64,000 bases of DNA from Planctomycetota bacterium. GTDB taxonomy: Bacteria; Planctomycetota; UBA1135; UBA2386. The translations under genes were made by a program, and so were the position numbers. The notes beneath the pieces are model-generated. The model had not been told where the DNA came from and searched no databases. It saw nothing but the letters and a program-made list of their open reading frames with translations. The stretch covers positions 2,176,001 to 2,240,000 of the forward strand of contig JBKAGP010000001.1 of NCBI GenBank assembly GCA_046290465.1, read 5' to 3'. Positions 7,538 to 18,887 of the stretch are shown here, in pieces (position 1 is the first letter of the stretch; each line of letters opens with the position of its first letter).

Positions 7538-10162
7538 ATGCCCGACCAGAACCCGCTGCTGACGATCGCGCTGCTGCTTGGCGCCGGCGCCGCCATGCAG
7601 TGGCTGGCGTGGCGCCTGCGGGTGCCGGCGATCCTGTTCCTGCTGCTCGCCGGCTTCGCCGCCGGACCGATGCTGGGCTGGTTCCGGCCCGAGGACACCT
7701 TCGGCGAACTGTTCCGCCCGCTGGTCTCGCTGGCGGTCGGCATCATCCTGTTCGAGGGCGGACTGACGCTGCGCTTCCACGAACTGGGCGGGGCCGGCAG
7801 CGTCGTCACCCGGCTCTGCTCGATCGGCGCCGCGGTCAGCTGGATCCTGACGACGCTGGCGGCGCAGTGGATCGTCGGGGTCAGCTTCGAGGTTGCGCTG
7901 CTGGTCGGCGCGATCCTGGTGCTGACCGGCCCGACCGTGGTGATCCCGCTGGTCCGGCACGTCCGGCCGCGCAAGCCGCTCGGCCCGATCCTGCGCTGGG
8001 AGGGCATCCTGATCGACCCGATCGGCGCGGTGCTGGCGCTGCTGGTGCTGGAGGCGCTGACCGGCCACGACAGCGCCGGCGACATCACGCTCGGCATCGC
8101 CAAGACGCTGATCTACGGCGGCGGCCTCGGCGCGCTCGCCGGCTGGCTGCTGGCGCTGGCGCTCGAACGATTCGCGATCCCCGACCGCCTGCACGTGCCG
8201 GTGACGTTCGGCACGGTCGGCATGTCGTTCGCGCTCGCCAACACGATGCAGCCCGAGGCCGGCCTGCTGGCGGTCACCGTGATGGGCATCGTGCTCGGCA
8301 ACCGCAAGAAGCTCGACGTCGACCACGTGCTCGAATGGCACGAACCGCTGGTCACGATGCTGCTGGCGCTGTTGTTCGTGACCATCGCCGCGCGCCTCGA
8401 GCTCGAGACGCTGACCAGCCTCGGCCTGCTCGCCGTGCTGTTCACCGTCGTGCTGATCGTCGTCGTGCGGCCGGTCGCGGTCGCGCTGAGCACGGTCGGC
8501 ACGTCGTTGAAGTGGGGCGACCGCGCGTTCCTGATGGCGATGGCGCCGCGCGGCATCGTGGTCGCGGCGGTCAGCTCCGAGTTCTCGCTGCACCTCGACC
8601 ACTACGGCGTGGCCGGCGGCCAGGAGGTGATCGCGCTGGTGTTCCCGGCGATCGTGCTGACCGTGGTCGTCTACGGCTTCGGCGCGCGGCCGTTCGCGCG
8701 CGCGATCGGAGCGGCGCAGGCCGACCCGCAGGGCGTGCTGCTGGTCGGCGCCGGCCTGCTCGGCCGCGAGCTCGGCCATGCGCTGCAGAAGCAGGGCTAC
8801 GACGTGCTGCTGGTCGACACCAACGCCTCGCACACGACGACCGCACGCACCTCGGGCCTGCCGACGTTCCACGGCAGCGCGCTGTCGCAGCGCTTCACCG
8901 AGGAGGCGAGCCTCGACGGCATCGGCAACCTGATGACGCTGACCTCGAGCGACGAGATCAACCGGCTGGCGATCGAGCAGTTCCTGCCGACGTTCGGCCG
9001 CCCGCACCTGTTCCGGGTCGCGTCGTCGAGCACCCACCGCAAGGAGGAGGGCCACGACGGCCGCACGCTGTTCGCGCACGACCTCGACGTGCACACGCTG
9101 CGCTCGATGCTGCAGCGCGGCGACCGGATCCGCGCGACCAAGCTGACCGAACAGTTCGGGCCCGACGCCTACCGCGAACGCCACGGGGAACACGCGCGGC
9201 CGTTGTTCGTGATCTCCGCCGACCGCGAACTGCAGATCGTCACCGCCGACGCGCCGCCGACGCTGAAGGTCGGCCAGACCGTGCTCGCGATCGTGCCGAG
9301 CGAAGAGCCGACCGACGCGCCGGCCGAGGCACCTTCGAAGGAGGCGCCGTCGAAGCCGCAGGCCGGCAAGCAGGATGGCGACAAGCAGGGAGCATCGAAG
9401 CCGGTGCCGTCCACGCAGGAACCTACCACGCAGGAACCTCCGCCGCAGCAACCTTCGAAGCAGGCACCGCCCACGAAGGCCCCGCCCTCGCAGGCGGACG
9501 CATGGCGGCAGCTCCCACTCAGGTGCGTCGCATCGCCTCGACCGCCTTGGCGAGCCGCGCCAGGGCTCGCTGCGTGCGCATGCGCACGGCGTCGGCCTGC
9601 AGGCCGAGGCGCTCGGCGATCGCCGGGTAGTCGAGGCCCTGCCAGACGCGCAGTTCGAGCACCTCGCGATCGGAGGCCGGCAGCCGCTCCATCGCCGCGC
9701 GGATCCACTCGACGCGTTCGCGCTTGTCCGCCGACTCGCTCGGCCGGGTCACCGAGTGCTGCGGACGGCCGCCGACCCACGAGCTGTCGGCGTGCAGCGA
9801 CTGCTCGCGGTTGCGGTTGCGACGCTCCCGCATGGTCCAGCGCACCCGGTCGAGCAGGTCCTTCTCGAGCACGTGCACCAGCAGCGCGCGCAGGTGCTCG
9901 AGGTCCTTGGCCTGCCGGACCGCCGGCGCCTTCAGCAGCCGCACGACCACGTCCTGCAGGAAGTCCTCGCTGTCGAACTCGCGGCGCAGCTCCGGCCGCA
10001 GCCGCCGGCGCACCCGCTCGCGCAGCCACGGCAGGTTGCGCGTCACCAGCGCGTGCAGCGCCGCGTCGTCGCCGCCGCGCGCGCGCTGCAGGAGCTCGGT
10101 GTCATTGCGGTCGTCGGGCACGTCGCGCACCCCTCCAGGATCTGCCGACATCCTCGCGCTGA
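7538..10162 (+). CDS. NhaP-type (CPA1) cation/proton antiporter with TrkA-N-like domain; biologically meaningful part probably ends near 9505
   Basis: Many TM helices; 'ILFEGGL', 'TGPTVV', 'RWEGILIDPIGA', 'APRGIVVAA'; Rossmann-like 'LLVGAGLLG'; beyond ~9505 the ORF is antisense to an ECF gene. Confidence 0.85.
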   Translation: MPDQNPLLTIALLLGAGAAMQWLAWRLRVPAILFLLLAGFAAGPMLGWFRPEDTFGELFRPLVSLAVGIILFEGGLTLRFHELGGAGSVVTRLCSIGAAVSWILTTLAAQWIVGVSFEVALLVGAILVLTGPTVVIPLVRHVRPRKPLGPILRWEGILIDPIGAVLALLVLEALTGHDSAGDITLGIAKTLIYGGGLGALAGWLLALALERFAIPDRLHVPVTFGTVGMSFALANTMQPEAGLLAVTVMGIVLGNRKKLDVDHVLEWHEPLVTMLLALLFVTIAARLELETLTSLGLLAVLFTVVLIVVVRPVAVALSTVGTSLKWGDRAFLMAMAPRGIVVAAVSSEFSLHLDHYGVAGGQEVIALVFPAIVLTVVVYGFGARPFARAIGAAQADPQGVLLVGAGLLGRELGHALQKQGYDVLLVDTNASHTTTARTSGLPTFHGSALSQRFTEEASLDGIGNLMTLTSSDEINRLAIEQFLPTFGRPHLFRVASSSTHRKEEGHDGRTLFAHDLDVHTLRSMLQRGDRIRATKLTEQFGPDAYRERHGEHARPLFVISADRELQIVTADAPPTLKVGQTVLAIVPSEEPTDAPAEAPSKEAPSKPQAGKQDGDKQGASKPVPSTQEPTTQEPPPQQPSKQAPPTKAPPSQADAWRQLPLRCVASPRPPWRAAPGLAACACARRRPAGRGARRSPGSRGPARRAVRAPRDRRPAAAPSPRGSTRRVRACPPTRSAGSPSAADGRRPTSCRRAATARGCGCDAPAWSSAPGRAGPSRARAPAARAGARGPWPAGPPAPSAAARPRPAGSPRCRTRGAAPAAAAGAPARAATAGCASPARAAPRRRRRARAAGARCHCGRRARRAPLQDLPTSSR
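9519..10121 (-). CDS. ECF sigma-70 factor (kinase-associated type), module A
   Basis: 'LLQRARGGDDAALHAL', 'FDSEDFLQD', region 4 'LPASDREVLELR..GLDYPAIAERLG...AVRMRTQRAL'; GGAGG RBS before GTG (alternative ATG 10151). Confidence 0.9.
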   Translation of the reverse strand: MPDDRNDTELLQRARGGDDAALHALVTRNLPWLRERVRRRLRPELRREFDSEDFLQDVVVRLLKAPAVRQAKDLEHLRALLVHVLEKDLLDRVRWTMRERRNRNREQSLHADSSWVGGRPQHSVTRPSESADKRERVEWIRAAMERLPASDREVLELRVWQGLDYPAIAERLGLQADAVRMRTQRALARLAKAVEAMRRT

Positions 10163-10258
10163 CAAGCCGCGCCGGTGCACGACGGGATTTTTCTGTTCGC
10201 CTCGGCGCGCCGACGGCGAGTCCTCGGGTGGCGCCACCTCCGGCGCGTGAGGATTCCA

Positions 10259-12553
10259 ATGCAAGACCAACCGACCGCATGTGCAAACCCGGCAACCCAG
10301 GCACCGCTTGGGCTGCTGATGTCCCTGTCCCTCAGCGGCCTGCTCGCCGCGCAGGCCCCCGCTACCACCGACGCTCCGATCCCGCTCGAGGGCGCCTTCC
10401 GCGCGCCGCTGCACCGCGAGGACGGCGGCGGCATCGCGCTGTGGGGTTCGCATGATGCCTACAAGGTCCGCGTCGACGCGGACGGCGCGACGTTCACTCC
10501 CGCGCTCGGCATGCAGCGCCCCCAAAACCTCCCGGTGCACTGGCGCACGACCGCGCTCGGCGGCCAGCCGACCGGCGCAGCGACCGCGGTCGGGCACACC
10601 GACTGGCGCGCCGAACTGCAGCACGACGGCGTCGTCGAGGCCTACGACCTGCGCGCCGACGGCCTCGAACAGACGTTCGTGTTCGCCGCGCAGCCGCAGC
10701 TGCCGGGCGGCGACGACTATCGCATCGAAGGCGTGATCAGTTCGCCGCTGCACGCGGCCGCGCGCCGCCCGGCGCACGCGCCGATCACCTTCACCGACGC
10801 GGCCGGCGACGCGGTCGTCCGCTACGGCGCCGCGATCGCGATCGACGCCCATGACCGCCACCTGCCCCTGGCGACGTCGTTCGACGGCGAACGGCTGAGC
10901 ATCCACGTGCCGACCGACTGGCTGCGGCAGGCCGCCTACCCGGTCGTGGTCGACCCGCTGCTGTCGCGCGTCACCGTCGTCGCCGGCTCGTCGGGTTCGG
11001 TGCTGACGGTGCAGACCGCCGTCGACGACGACAACGACCGCATGGTGGTCGCGTACTCGCGCGCCATCTCGGCCAGCGACCTCGACGCGTTCGCCCGCCG
11101 CACGTCGCTGAACTTCGGCCTGACCTCGCTGATCTACGTCGAGAACGGCACCACCTCGACCAAGGACGTCTCGGTCGCCTGGTCGGACTCCGACGACCAA
11201 TGGCTGCTCGCGTTCGGCATGCAGAACGCCAACTCGAGCTGGGTGCGCATCCACCTGCACCCGACCGCCAGCTCCAGCACGCAGGGCGGCTCCAACCTGA
11301 CCGTGCCGCAGCCGGGCGGCTACGAGTACCAGCGCCCGGTCGTCTCCGGCCACACCACCCGGCCGCTCGGCTATGTCGTGTTCGAACGCGATGCCGGCGT
11401 CGGCCAGCCGGACACCAACTCGACCGAGGTCTACGGCGCGCGCATCGACACCAGCAACGCGCAGATCGGCGTACCGGTGCGGATCTCCGACGTCGGCACG
11501 CTCGATGCGCAGCGGCCGTCGATCTGCCAGCGCGCCGTGTCCAACGACCTGTGGTTCGTGGCCTGGCAGGAACGCAACCCGCAGCTGCCCAACGACGACT
11601 GGGACATCCGGGTCTGCCGCATCGACGACCAGAACAACGTCGAGCCGCCGCAGTCGCTGCCGATCGACAACAGCAACGGCCTGCACTCGTTCCAGCCCAA
11701 GGTCGACAGCGACATCTCGGACTACGGTGTCGCGTTCCTGACGCGCCCCGTCGACAACAACCCGGTGACGATGGTCGGCACCCGCCTGCGCCTGCAGCGG
11801 TTCTACATCCCGGCTTCGGGCGTGCCGTCGTCGGTGTCGGCGACCGACATCGAGGTCGCAGCCGAGGCCACCGCGCGCGTCGAACTGCACGACGCCTCGC
11901 GCAGCTTCGCGATGAACGAGGAGGCCGAGGACCACGGCGTCGTCGTCTGGCGCCGCCTCGGCAGCTGGTCCAACGGCGTGCCGACCAGGCTGATGGCCGC
12001 GCGCTTCGGCTACGAGAGCAACCCGCTCGAGGTCGTCGAGCTCGAGTCGTCGACCAGCCTGGTGTCACCCTACGGTTCGGTCTCGGCGACCTACGACCGT
12101 AACGACGACGGCTTCCCGCTCAGCTACGGCGGCACAGGCCTGTCGAGCAACGCGGTCTGGGGCCGCCGCTTCGACATGCCGGACGCCCAGTCGATCGCCT
12201 ACGGCGGCTCGTGCGCCGGCACGCTGGTGACGTCGGTGCGGCCGTGGGCCGGCACGCAGTCGTACCGGTTCCGCCTGCAGGCCTCCAACCCCAACGCCGC
12301 CAGCTGGCTGTGGGCGTCGCTGGCCCCGGCCAACCTGCCGCTGCCCGGACTGACGCAGTGCCCGGTGTTGCTCGACCCGACCGCCGCGCCGGTCATCGTC
12401 GACCAGGACTTCTCGACCAACCTCGGCACGGCGTTCTTCTACTTCGACCTGCCGGCGGTCGCCGCCGGCATGGACATCTACTGGCAGGCGATGCAGCTGA
12501 ACCTCGGCAACCTGTTCGCGATGTCGAACGGGCTGAAGACCGAGATCCGCTGA
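10259..12553 (+). CDS. Secreted protein with YPxxxDP-type N-terminal region and shared ~110-aa C-terminal domain
   Basis: GAGGA RBS; signal peptide ending LLAA|Q; 'GLEQTF...AYPVVVDP'; C-terminus 'YGGSC...IYWQA...SNGL'. Confidence 0.8.
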   Translation: MQDQPTACANPATQAPLGLLMSLSLSGLLAAQAPATTDAPIPLEGAFRAPLHREDGGGIALWGSHDAYKVRVDADGATFTPALGMQRPQNLPVHWRTTALGGQPTGAATAVGHTDWRAELQHDGVVEAYDLRADGLEQTFVFAAQPQLPGGDDYRIEGVISSPLHAAARRPAHAPITFTDAAGDAVVRYGAAIAIDAHDRHLPLATSFDGERLSIHVPTDWLRQAAYPVVVDPLLSRVTVVAGSSGSVLTVQTAVDDDNDRMVVAYSRAISASDLDAFARRTSLNFGLTSLIYVENGTTSTKDVSVAWSDSDDQWLLAFGMQNANSSWVRIHLHPTASSSTQGGSNLTVPQPGGYEYQRPVVSGHTTRPLGYVVFERDAGVGQPDTNSTEVYGARIDTSNAQIGVPVRISDVGTLDAQRPSICQRAVSNDLWFVAWQERNPQLPNDDWDIRVCRIDDQNNVEPPQSLPIDNSNGLHSFQPKVDSDISDYGVAFLTRPVDNNPVTMVGTRLRLQRFYIPASGVPSSVSATDIEVAAEATARVELHDASRSFAMNEEAEDHGVVVWRRLGSWSNGVPTRLMAARFGYESNPLEVVELESSTSLVSPYGSVSATYDRNDDGFPLSYGGTGLSSNAVWGRRFDMPDAQSIAYGGSCAGTLVTSVRPWAGTQSYRFRLQASNPNAASWLWASLAPANLPLPGLTQCPVLLDPTAAPVIVDQDFSTNLGTAFFYFDLPAVAAGMDIYWQAMQLNLGNLFAMSNGLKTEIR

Positions 12554-15466
12554 TCAGCGCAGCAGCGCGCGGAAGCGCGGGTGCTCGTGCACCAACGCGA
12601 ACCGCGCGTCCGTGGCCAGCTGCTCGACCAGCTGTGGATCGACCGCGGCGGCGGCCTCGAGGGCGCCCAGGGCGACCTCGAGCGCGCGCTCGCGCCGCGC
12701 CGGATCGACCAGGCCGCGCAGCAGGCCACAGATTGCGCCCGCGACCTGACGCAGCCGTGCCGGCTCGCCGCTGGCGAGCGGAGCCGCCTCCTCGAATGCG
12801 GCGATCGCACCGTCGCGGTCGCCGAGCAGGAAGCGGTTCGGCCCGAGCATCGTCAGGTGGTTGAACAGGTAGACGCGGTAGAGCCGCACGCCCGGATTGG
12901 CGGCGAACGCGACGCGCTGCAGTTCGACCGCCTGCTCGAGCAGCGCGACGGCGCGTTCGCGATCTTTCGGCGCACGCCGGACGTAGCGCATCGCCTGGTT
13001 GTTGAGCGTGCCGCCGAGCGTGCCACGGATCGCGGTGCTGTCCGGCTCGTGCGCGATCAGCTCGCGCTGCAGCGCGACCGAACGTTCGAACCAGTCGTCG
13101 ATCACCTCGACGTCCTCGCGATCGGTGAACGTCGCCGCGGTGGCGGCCGACGACAGCACGTTGGCGATGACGCGGCGATGCAGCGGCCCGATCTCACCGT
13201 TCTGCAGCAGCCACTCGGCGTCGTCGACGCCGAGCCGGGCGACGTCGAGCGACTCGTCGAACCGGCCCCGCGCGGCCAGGCTGCGCGCCAGCATGTCGTA
13301 GGTCTGGGCGCGGTCGTAGCGGGTGCCGACCGCATCGGGCTGCCAGCGCAGCGTCTCGGTCAGGCGGTCGATCGCACGCCGGTAGAGCCGTTCGGCCTGG
13401 GCGCGGTCGCCGGAGCGCTCCGCGAGCTGCGCCTGCACCCGCTCGATCGTGCCCTCGAGGCCGCGCGTGCGCGGCAGGTCCGGGTTGTCGCGGCGCAGCT
13501 CCCGGGCCCGCTGCAGCGACGCACGCGCCTCGTCGAGCTGGCCGCGCCGCAGCAGCAGCGACGCGCGGTAGGTCTCCGCCGCACATTCGTCGAGCGCCAT
13601 CATCACCGTCTCGACGCCGGCGGCGCGCAGCGACGTGATCGAGGCCAGCGCCGCCTCGAGCTGCGCCAGCGCCTCGTCGGGGTCGGTCAGCCGCAGGCGG
13701 TTGGCGCGCCCGACGCGCAGCCGCACCAGGCGCACGCCGGCGCGCTGCCGGCCGGCCGGCTCGCGCACCAGGGCCCACAGGCGCTCGGCCCGCTCGAAGT
13801 CCTGCTTCGCCTCGTCGTCGCGGCCGAGCAGCTCCAGCGCCTGGCCGCGGCTGGCTACGAACTCGGCCAGCTCCAGCGAATCGTCGGGATCGGCGCCGCG
13901 GCGTTCGAGCTGCTCGATCGCGGCCGTGAAGCCCTGCGCTGCCTCCTGGTAGCGCGCCAGCTCGTAGTCGACGACCGCGATGCGACCGGTGGCGAGCGCG
14001 ACCTCCTCGCGCAGGCCGTCGGCGACGTCGCCCTCGACCAGCGCCAGGAACTCGAGGTAGAAGCGCCGCGCGTCCTCGAGCAGGCCGCGGCGGAAGCGCT
14101 GCAGCCGCACGTCGCCGACCATCGGGCTGTCGGCGATGCGCACGAACAGCTGGTCGACCGCGCGGTTGGCCGCGGCGAAGTTGCGGCGCGCGGCGTCGCG
14201 TTCGCGTTCGAGCCGGGCCCCCTCCCGCTCGAGCACGACCGCCGCGGTGATCGGCGTCACCACGAACAACAAGAACGCCAGCAGCAGCGCGAACGCCGCC
14301 CACGGCCGCCGCCGTGCCCAGCGCAGCGCGCGGCTGCAGACCCCGCGCGGCCGGCTGCGGATCGGCTCGCCGTCGAGGAACCGCCGCAGGTCCTCGCGCA
14401 GGTCGGCCGCGGTCTGGTAGCGGCGCGCCGGTTCCTTCTCGAGCGCGCGCGCGATGATCGTCTGAAGGTCGCGCGGCACCGCGGCGTCGATCGCCGTCAG
14501 CGCGCGCGGTTCGACGGTCAGCACCGCATGCAGGATCGACTCGGTCGAGCCACCGTCGAACGGCCGCCGCATCGCGACCATCTCGTAGAGCACGCAGCCG
14601 ACCGCGAACAGATCGGCGCGGCCGTCGACGTCCTGGTCGGGCCGCCGGTCCGCCATCTCCGGCGCGCAGTAGTGCGGCGTGCCCATGAAGTCGCCGGTGC
14701 CGGTCAGGCTGTGTTCGCCGAGGTCCTTGGCCAGCCCGAAGTCGACCAGCCGCACCTTGCCGGCGTCGTCGAGCAGCACGTTCTGCGGCTTGACGTCGCG
14801 GTGCACGAGTCCGTGCGCGTGCGCGTGCTCGAGCGCGTCGGCCAGCTGCCGACCGACCTCGGCGGCGTCCTCGTAGCGCGACTCGCAGCCCTCGATCCAC
14901 AGCCGCGCCTCGGACGGGTGCACGCGCGCCATCTCGGCGGCCTTGCGCAGGCGTTCGCCGAGGGTCTCGCCCTCGACCAGTTCCATCGCGAACCACCAGG
15001 TGCCGGAGACCTCCCCGACCTCGAGCACCCGCGCCAGACCCGGGTGCTCGAGTCGCGCCGCCGACTTGGCCTCGCGCAGGAACCGCCGGATCCGCCGCGG
15101 CGACAGCGACAGCAGCTCCGGCAGCACCTTCAGCGCCGCGCGCCGCGCCAGCTGCTCGTGCTCGGCCTCGTAGACGATACCCATGCCGCCCCTGCCGATC
15201 TCGCGCAGGATCCGGTAGGGACCGATCCGCGCCGGCGCCGCAGTCGCCGGGATCGCCGCCTCGTCGGCGTCCGCTTCGAGCATCGGCTCGAGGAACTCGC
15301 GCAGGTGCGGATGCTGCTCGAGGTAGGCGCTGGCCGCGACGGTATCCTCCGACGGCGTCCGGGCCAGGTAGGCATCGATCGCGTCCGCCAGGCGGTCGAT
15401 CTGGTCCGACGGATCGGCCTTGTCGGATGGATCGGCTGGATCGGATGGGTCGAATGGCTCGGACAT
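12554..15466 (-). CDS. Hanks-type Ser/Thr kinase, TM, C-terminal TPR region (module A)
   Basis: GRGGMG, ALK, HRDVKPQN, DFGLAK, GTPHYCAPE; TM WAAFALLLAFLLFVV; start MSEPFDPSD. Confidence 0.93.
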   Translation of the reverse strand: MSEPFDPSDPADPSDKADPSDQIDRLADAIDAYLARTPSEDTVAASAYLEQHPHLREFLEPMLEADADEAAIPATAAPARIGPYRILREIGRGGMGIVYEAEHEQLARRAALKVLPELLSLSPRRIRRFLREAKSAARLEHPGLARVLEVGEVSGTWWFAMELVEGETLGERLRKAAEMARVHPSEARLWIEGCESRYEDAAEVGRQLADALEHAHAHGLVHRDVKPQNVLLDDAGKVRLVDFGLAKDLGEHSLTGTGDFMGTPHYCAPEMADRRPDQDVDGRADLFAVGCVLYEMVAMRRPFDGGSTESILHAVLTVEPRALTAIDAAVPRDLQTIIARALEKEPARRYQTAADLREDLRRFLDGEPIRSRPRGVCSRALRWARRRPWAAFALLLAFLLFVVTPITAAVVLEREGARLERERDAARRNFAAANRAVDQLFVRIADSPMVGDVRLQRFRRGLLEDARRFYLEFLALVEGDVADGLREEVALATGRIAVVDYELARYQEAAQGFTAAIEQLERRGADPDDSLELAEFVASRGQALELLGRDDEAKQDFERAERLWALVREPAGRQRAGVRLVRLRVGRANRLRLTDPDEALAQLEAALASITSLRAAGVETVMMALDECAAETYRASLLLRRGQLDEARASLQRARELRRDNPDLPRTRGLEGTIERVQAQLAERSGDRAQAERLYRRAIDRLTETLRWQPDAVGTRYDRAQTYDMLARSLAARGRFDESLDVARLGVDDAEWLLQNGEIGPLHRRVIANVLSSAATAATFTDREDVEVIDDWFERSVALQRELIAHEPDSTAIRGTLGGTLNNQAMRYVRRAPKDRERAVALLEQAVELQRVAFAANPGVRLYRVYLFNHLTMLGPNRFLLGDRDGAIAAFEEAAPLASGEPARLRQVAGAICGLLRGLVDPARRERALEVALGALEAAAAVDPQLVEQLATDARFALVHEHPRFRALLR

Positions 15467-15580
15467 GGCCCGGCATCCTCGTCGTGCGCCGCCAGACCGA
15501 ACACGGAATTCGGGAGCGGGCTGCACATGCCCCGGAATCCTTGTGTTCGGACGGCCGCGGAACCTCGACTTCCCGCCCCG

Positions 15581-16711
<1,131 letters not shown>

Positions 16712-16775
16712 CCCGGCGCGCATCGTTCCCTCCCCCATCCCCTCTCCCTCTCCCGCACCGTCCGAGCAGATTTCC

Positions 16776-17153
16776 ATGCGTCCCGACGACCTCAAGTTCC
16801 AGCAGTCCCACGAGTGGGTGAAGATCGAAGGCGACACGGCCACCATCGGCATCACCGACCACGCCGTCTCGCACCTCAGCGATCTTGTCTTCCTCGACCT
16901 GCCCGCCAAGGGCGCGTCGGTCACGATCGGTGAGAGCTTCGGCGAGATCGAGTCGGTCAAGGCCGTCAGCCCGCTGGTCGCTCCGGTCACCGGCGAGGTC
17001 ATCGACAGCAACGAAGAGCTCTCCGACAACCTCGAGTGGCTCTCGGAGGAGCCGTTCGGCAAGGCGTGGATGATCAAGGTCAAGCTGACCGACACGTCGG
17101 GCGACCTGATGGACGGCGCGGCCTACGACGCGCACTGCAAGGCCGAGGGCTAG
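16776..17153 (+). CDS. gcvH: Glycine cleavage system H protein
   Basis: 'SHEWV', 'GITDHA', lipoyl-lysine motif 'IESVKA'. Confidence 0.97.
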   Translation: MRPDDLKFQQSHEWVKIEGDTATIGITDHAVSHLSDLVFLDLPAKGASVTIGESFGEIESVKAVSPLVAPVTGEVIDSNEELSDNLEWLSEEPFGKAWMIKVKLTDTSGDLMDGAAYDAHCKAEG

Positions 17154-17198
17154 TCGCACCTGCAGCCCCCTTGCAGCAGAGCCACCCCGCCACTGCGC

Positions 17199-17918
17199 GT
17201 GCTCGTCGACGGCCCGGGCGACCCCGCCTGGAACATGGCTGTCGACGGCGCGCTGCTCGCGCTCGCCGAGGCGCCGACCCTGCGCTTCTACGGCTGGCGT
17301 CCCCACGCGGTCTCGCTCGGCTACTTCCAGCGGCTCGCCGACTTCGCCGATCTGCCGGCGGCGACCCCGATGGTGCGCCGCACGACCGGTGGCGGCGCGA
17401 TCCACCACGGCGACGAACTGACGTTCTCTCTGGCGCTCGACGCGGCGCTGCTGCCGGGCGCGATCGCCGCCAGCTACGTGCTGCTGCACGACGCGCTGGT
17501 GCGCGCGCTCGATCGGCTTGGCGTTCGCTGTCGCCGCTCGACCGAGGGCGCGATGTCGGCGCGACCCGAGGACCGTTGGTGCTTTGGGCACCCGGTGCAG
17601 GGCGACCTGCTGGTCGATGGCCGCAAGCTGTGCGGCTCGGCACAGCGCCGCGTGCCCGGTCGACGGCCGCGCGTGCTGCACCACGGCTCGCTGGTGATCC
17701 GCCGACCGGAACACACCCCGTTCGTCGCCGCGATCGAGGATCAGATCGAACCTACCGATGATGTTCGTAGGGGCTTGCACGAACTGGTCCGCGACGAAGT
17801 CGCAAATCTGTTCGACCTCGAATCGACGGCCTCGCAACTGACCGCGCAAGAACGCGCGATGGCAGCGCGGCTGCGTGACGAACGGTTCGGCAACGCCGCG
17901 CACCTGCAAAAACGGTAG
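17199..17918 (+). CDS. Lipoate-protein ligase / octanoyltransferase (LplA/LipM family)
   Basis: 'WNMAVD', 'LRFYGW', 'SLGYFQ', 'VRRTTGGGAIHH', 'RKLCGSAQ'; follows gcvH. Confidence 0.9.
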   Translation: MLVDGPGDPAWNMAVDGALLALAEAPTLRFYGWRPHAVSLGYFQRLADFADLPAATPMVRRTTGGGAIHHGDELTFSLALDAALLPGAIAASYVLLHDALVRALDRLGVRCRRSTEGAMSARPEDRWCFGHPVQGDLLVDGRKLCGSAQRRVPGRRPRVLHHGSLVIRRPEHTPFVAAIEDQIEPTDDVRRGLHELVRDEVANLFDLESTASQLTAQERAMAARLRDERFGNAAHLQKR

Positions 17919-18008
17919 CCGTTCGGCCGTCAATTTGACCCCGGACGCGCGACGAAGAACCCGGTGCCGCACGAGGAGAGGAGGCCTCGTCGCGCGCCCA
18001 GGTTCATC

Positions 18009-18848
18009 ATGATCACGACATCCGCGGAGCTCGAAGACCTGATCGACGGAACCGTCAGCATCCCGACGATTCCGACCGTGCTGACCGAGATCACCGCGAT
18101 CTTCGACTCGCCCGACGGCTCGGCGAAGGACGCCGCCAAGGTCATCGAGAAGGACCCCGCGATCGCGACCCGCGCGCTGCGGCTCGTCAACAGCTCCTTC
18201 TACGGCCTCAAGAACCCGGTCTCGAACATCAACCTCGCGTGTTCGATCCTCGGCCTCAAGGTCATCAAGAACCTGGTCGTGCAGGCGACGGTGCTGCAGA
18301 CGTTCGGCACCGAGCAGCGCGAGGGCTTCGACGCCGACTGGCTGTGGGACCACAGCTTCAAGACCGCGGTCGCCTGCCGCCTGCTGGCCGAGCAGTCGCC
18401 GGTCGCCGAGGACTTCTCCAAGGACGACGCCTACACCTGCGGCCTGATCCACGACATCGGCAAGCTGATCCTGCTCGACTCGCAGGAGGACCGCTTCACC
18501 GAAGCGCTGCAGCTGTCGCGCGCCAACGACATGCCGCTCGCCAAGGCCGAGGGCGAGGTGTTCGGCTTCAACCACGCGCACGTCGGCGGCCTGCTCGCCA
18601 ACCGTTGGAAGCTCGCGCCGAGCGTGCAGGCGGCGGTGATGTACCACCACAGCCCGGCGACCAACCCCGAGGACTGGGCGCGTGGCTTCCTGGTCAAGGC
18701 CGCCAACAGCTACGCCCACCTGGCCGCCTCCGGCGACGGCGGCTGGATCGGGGACGTGCTCGACGAGGACGCGCGCGCAGCTCTCGGCCTGAGTGACGAG
18801 CAGCACCAGGAGATCCTGCAGATGACCTCCGAAGCACGCATGGAGTAG
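18009..18848 (+). CDS. Stand-alone HDOD domain protein
   Basis: 'IPTIP', 'IEKDPA...LRLVNSSFYG', 'GLIHDIGK', 'GFNHAHVGG..RWKL'. Confidence 0.9.
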   Translation: MITTSAELEDLIDGTVSIPTIPTVLTEITAIFDSPDGSAKDAAKVIEKDPAIATRALRLVNSSFYGLKNPVSNINLACSILGLKVIKNLVVQATVLQTFGTEQREGFDADWLWDHSFKTAVACRLLAEQSPVAEDFSKDDAYTCGLIHDIGKLILLDSQEDRFTEALQLSRANDMPLAKAEGEVFGFNHAHVGGLLANRWKLAPSVQAAVMYHHSPATNPEDWARGFLVKAANSYAHLAASGDGGWIGDVLDEDARAALGLSDEQHQEILQMTSEARME

Positions 18849-18887
18849 GCGTGTCGCCGGCGCGCGGAGCACGGTAGCTTCGTCGCC

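Noticed and set aside
15400..15460. 9-bp periodic repeat at the kinase N-terminus; also the 12-bp x3 repeat at 36975-37010
   Set aside because: In-frame low-complexity linkers (DPSDPADPSD, NQPG); no frameshifting potential
15467..15580. Glycine riboswitch upstream of gcvT
   Set aside because: Conserved GGAGA/CCGAAG/CTCTCAGG elements not found
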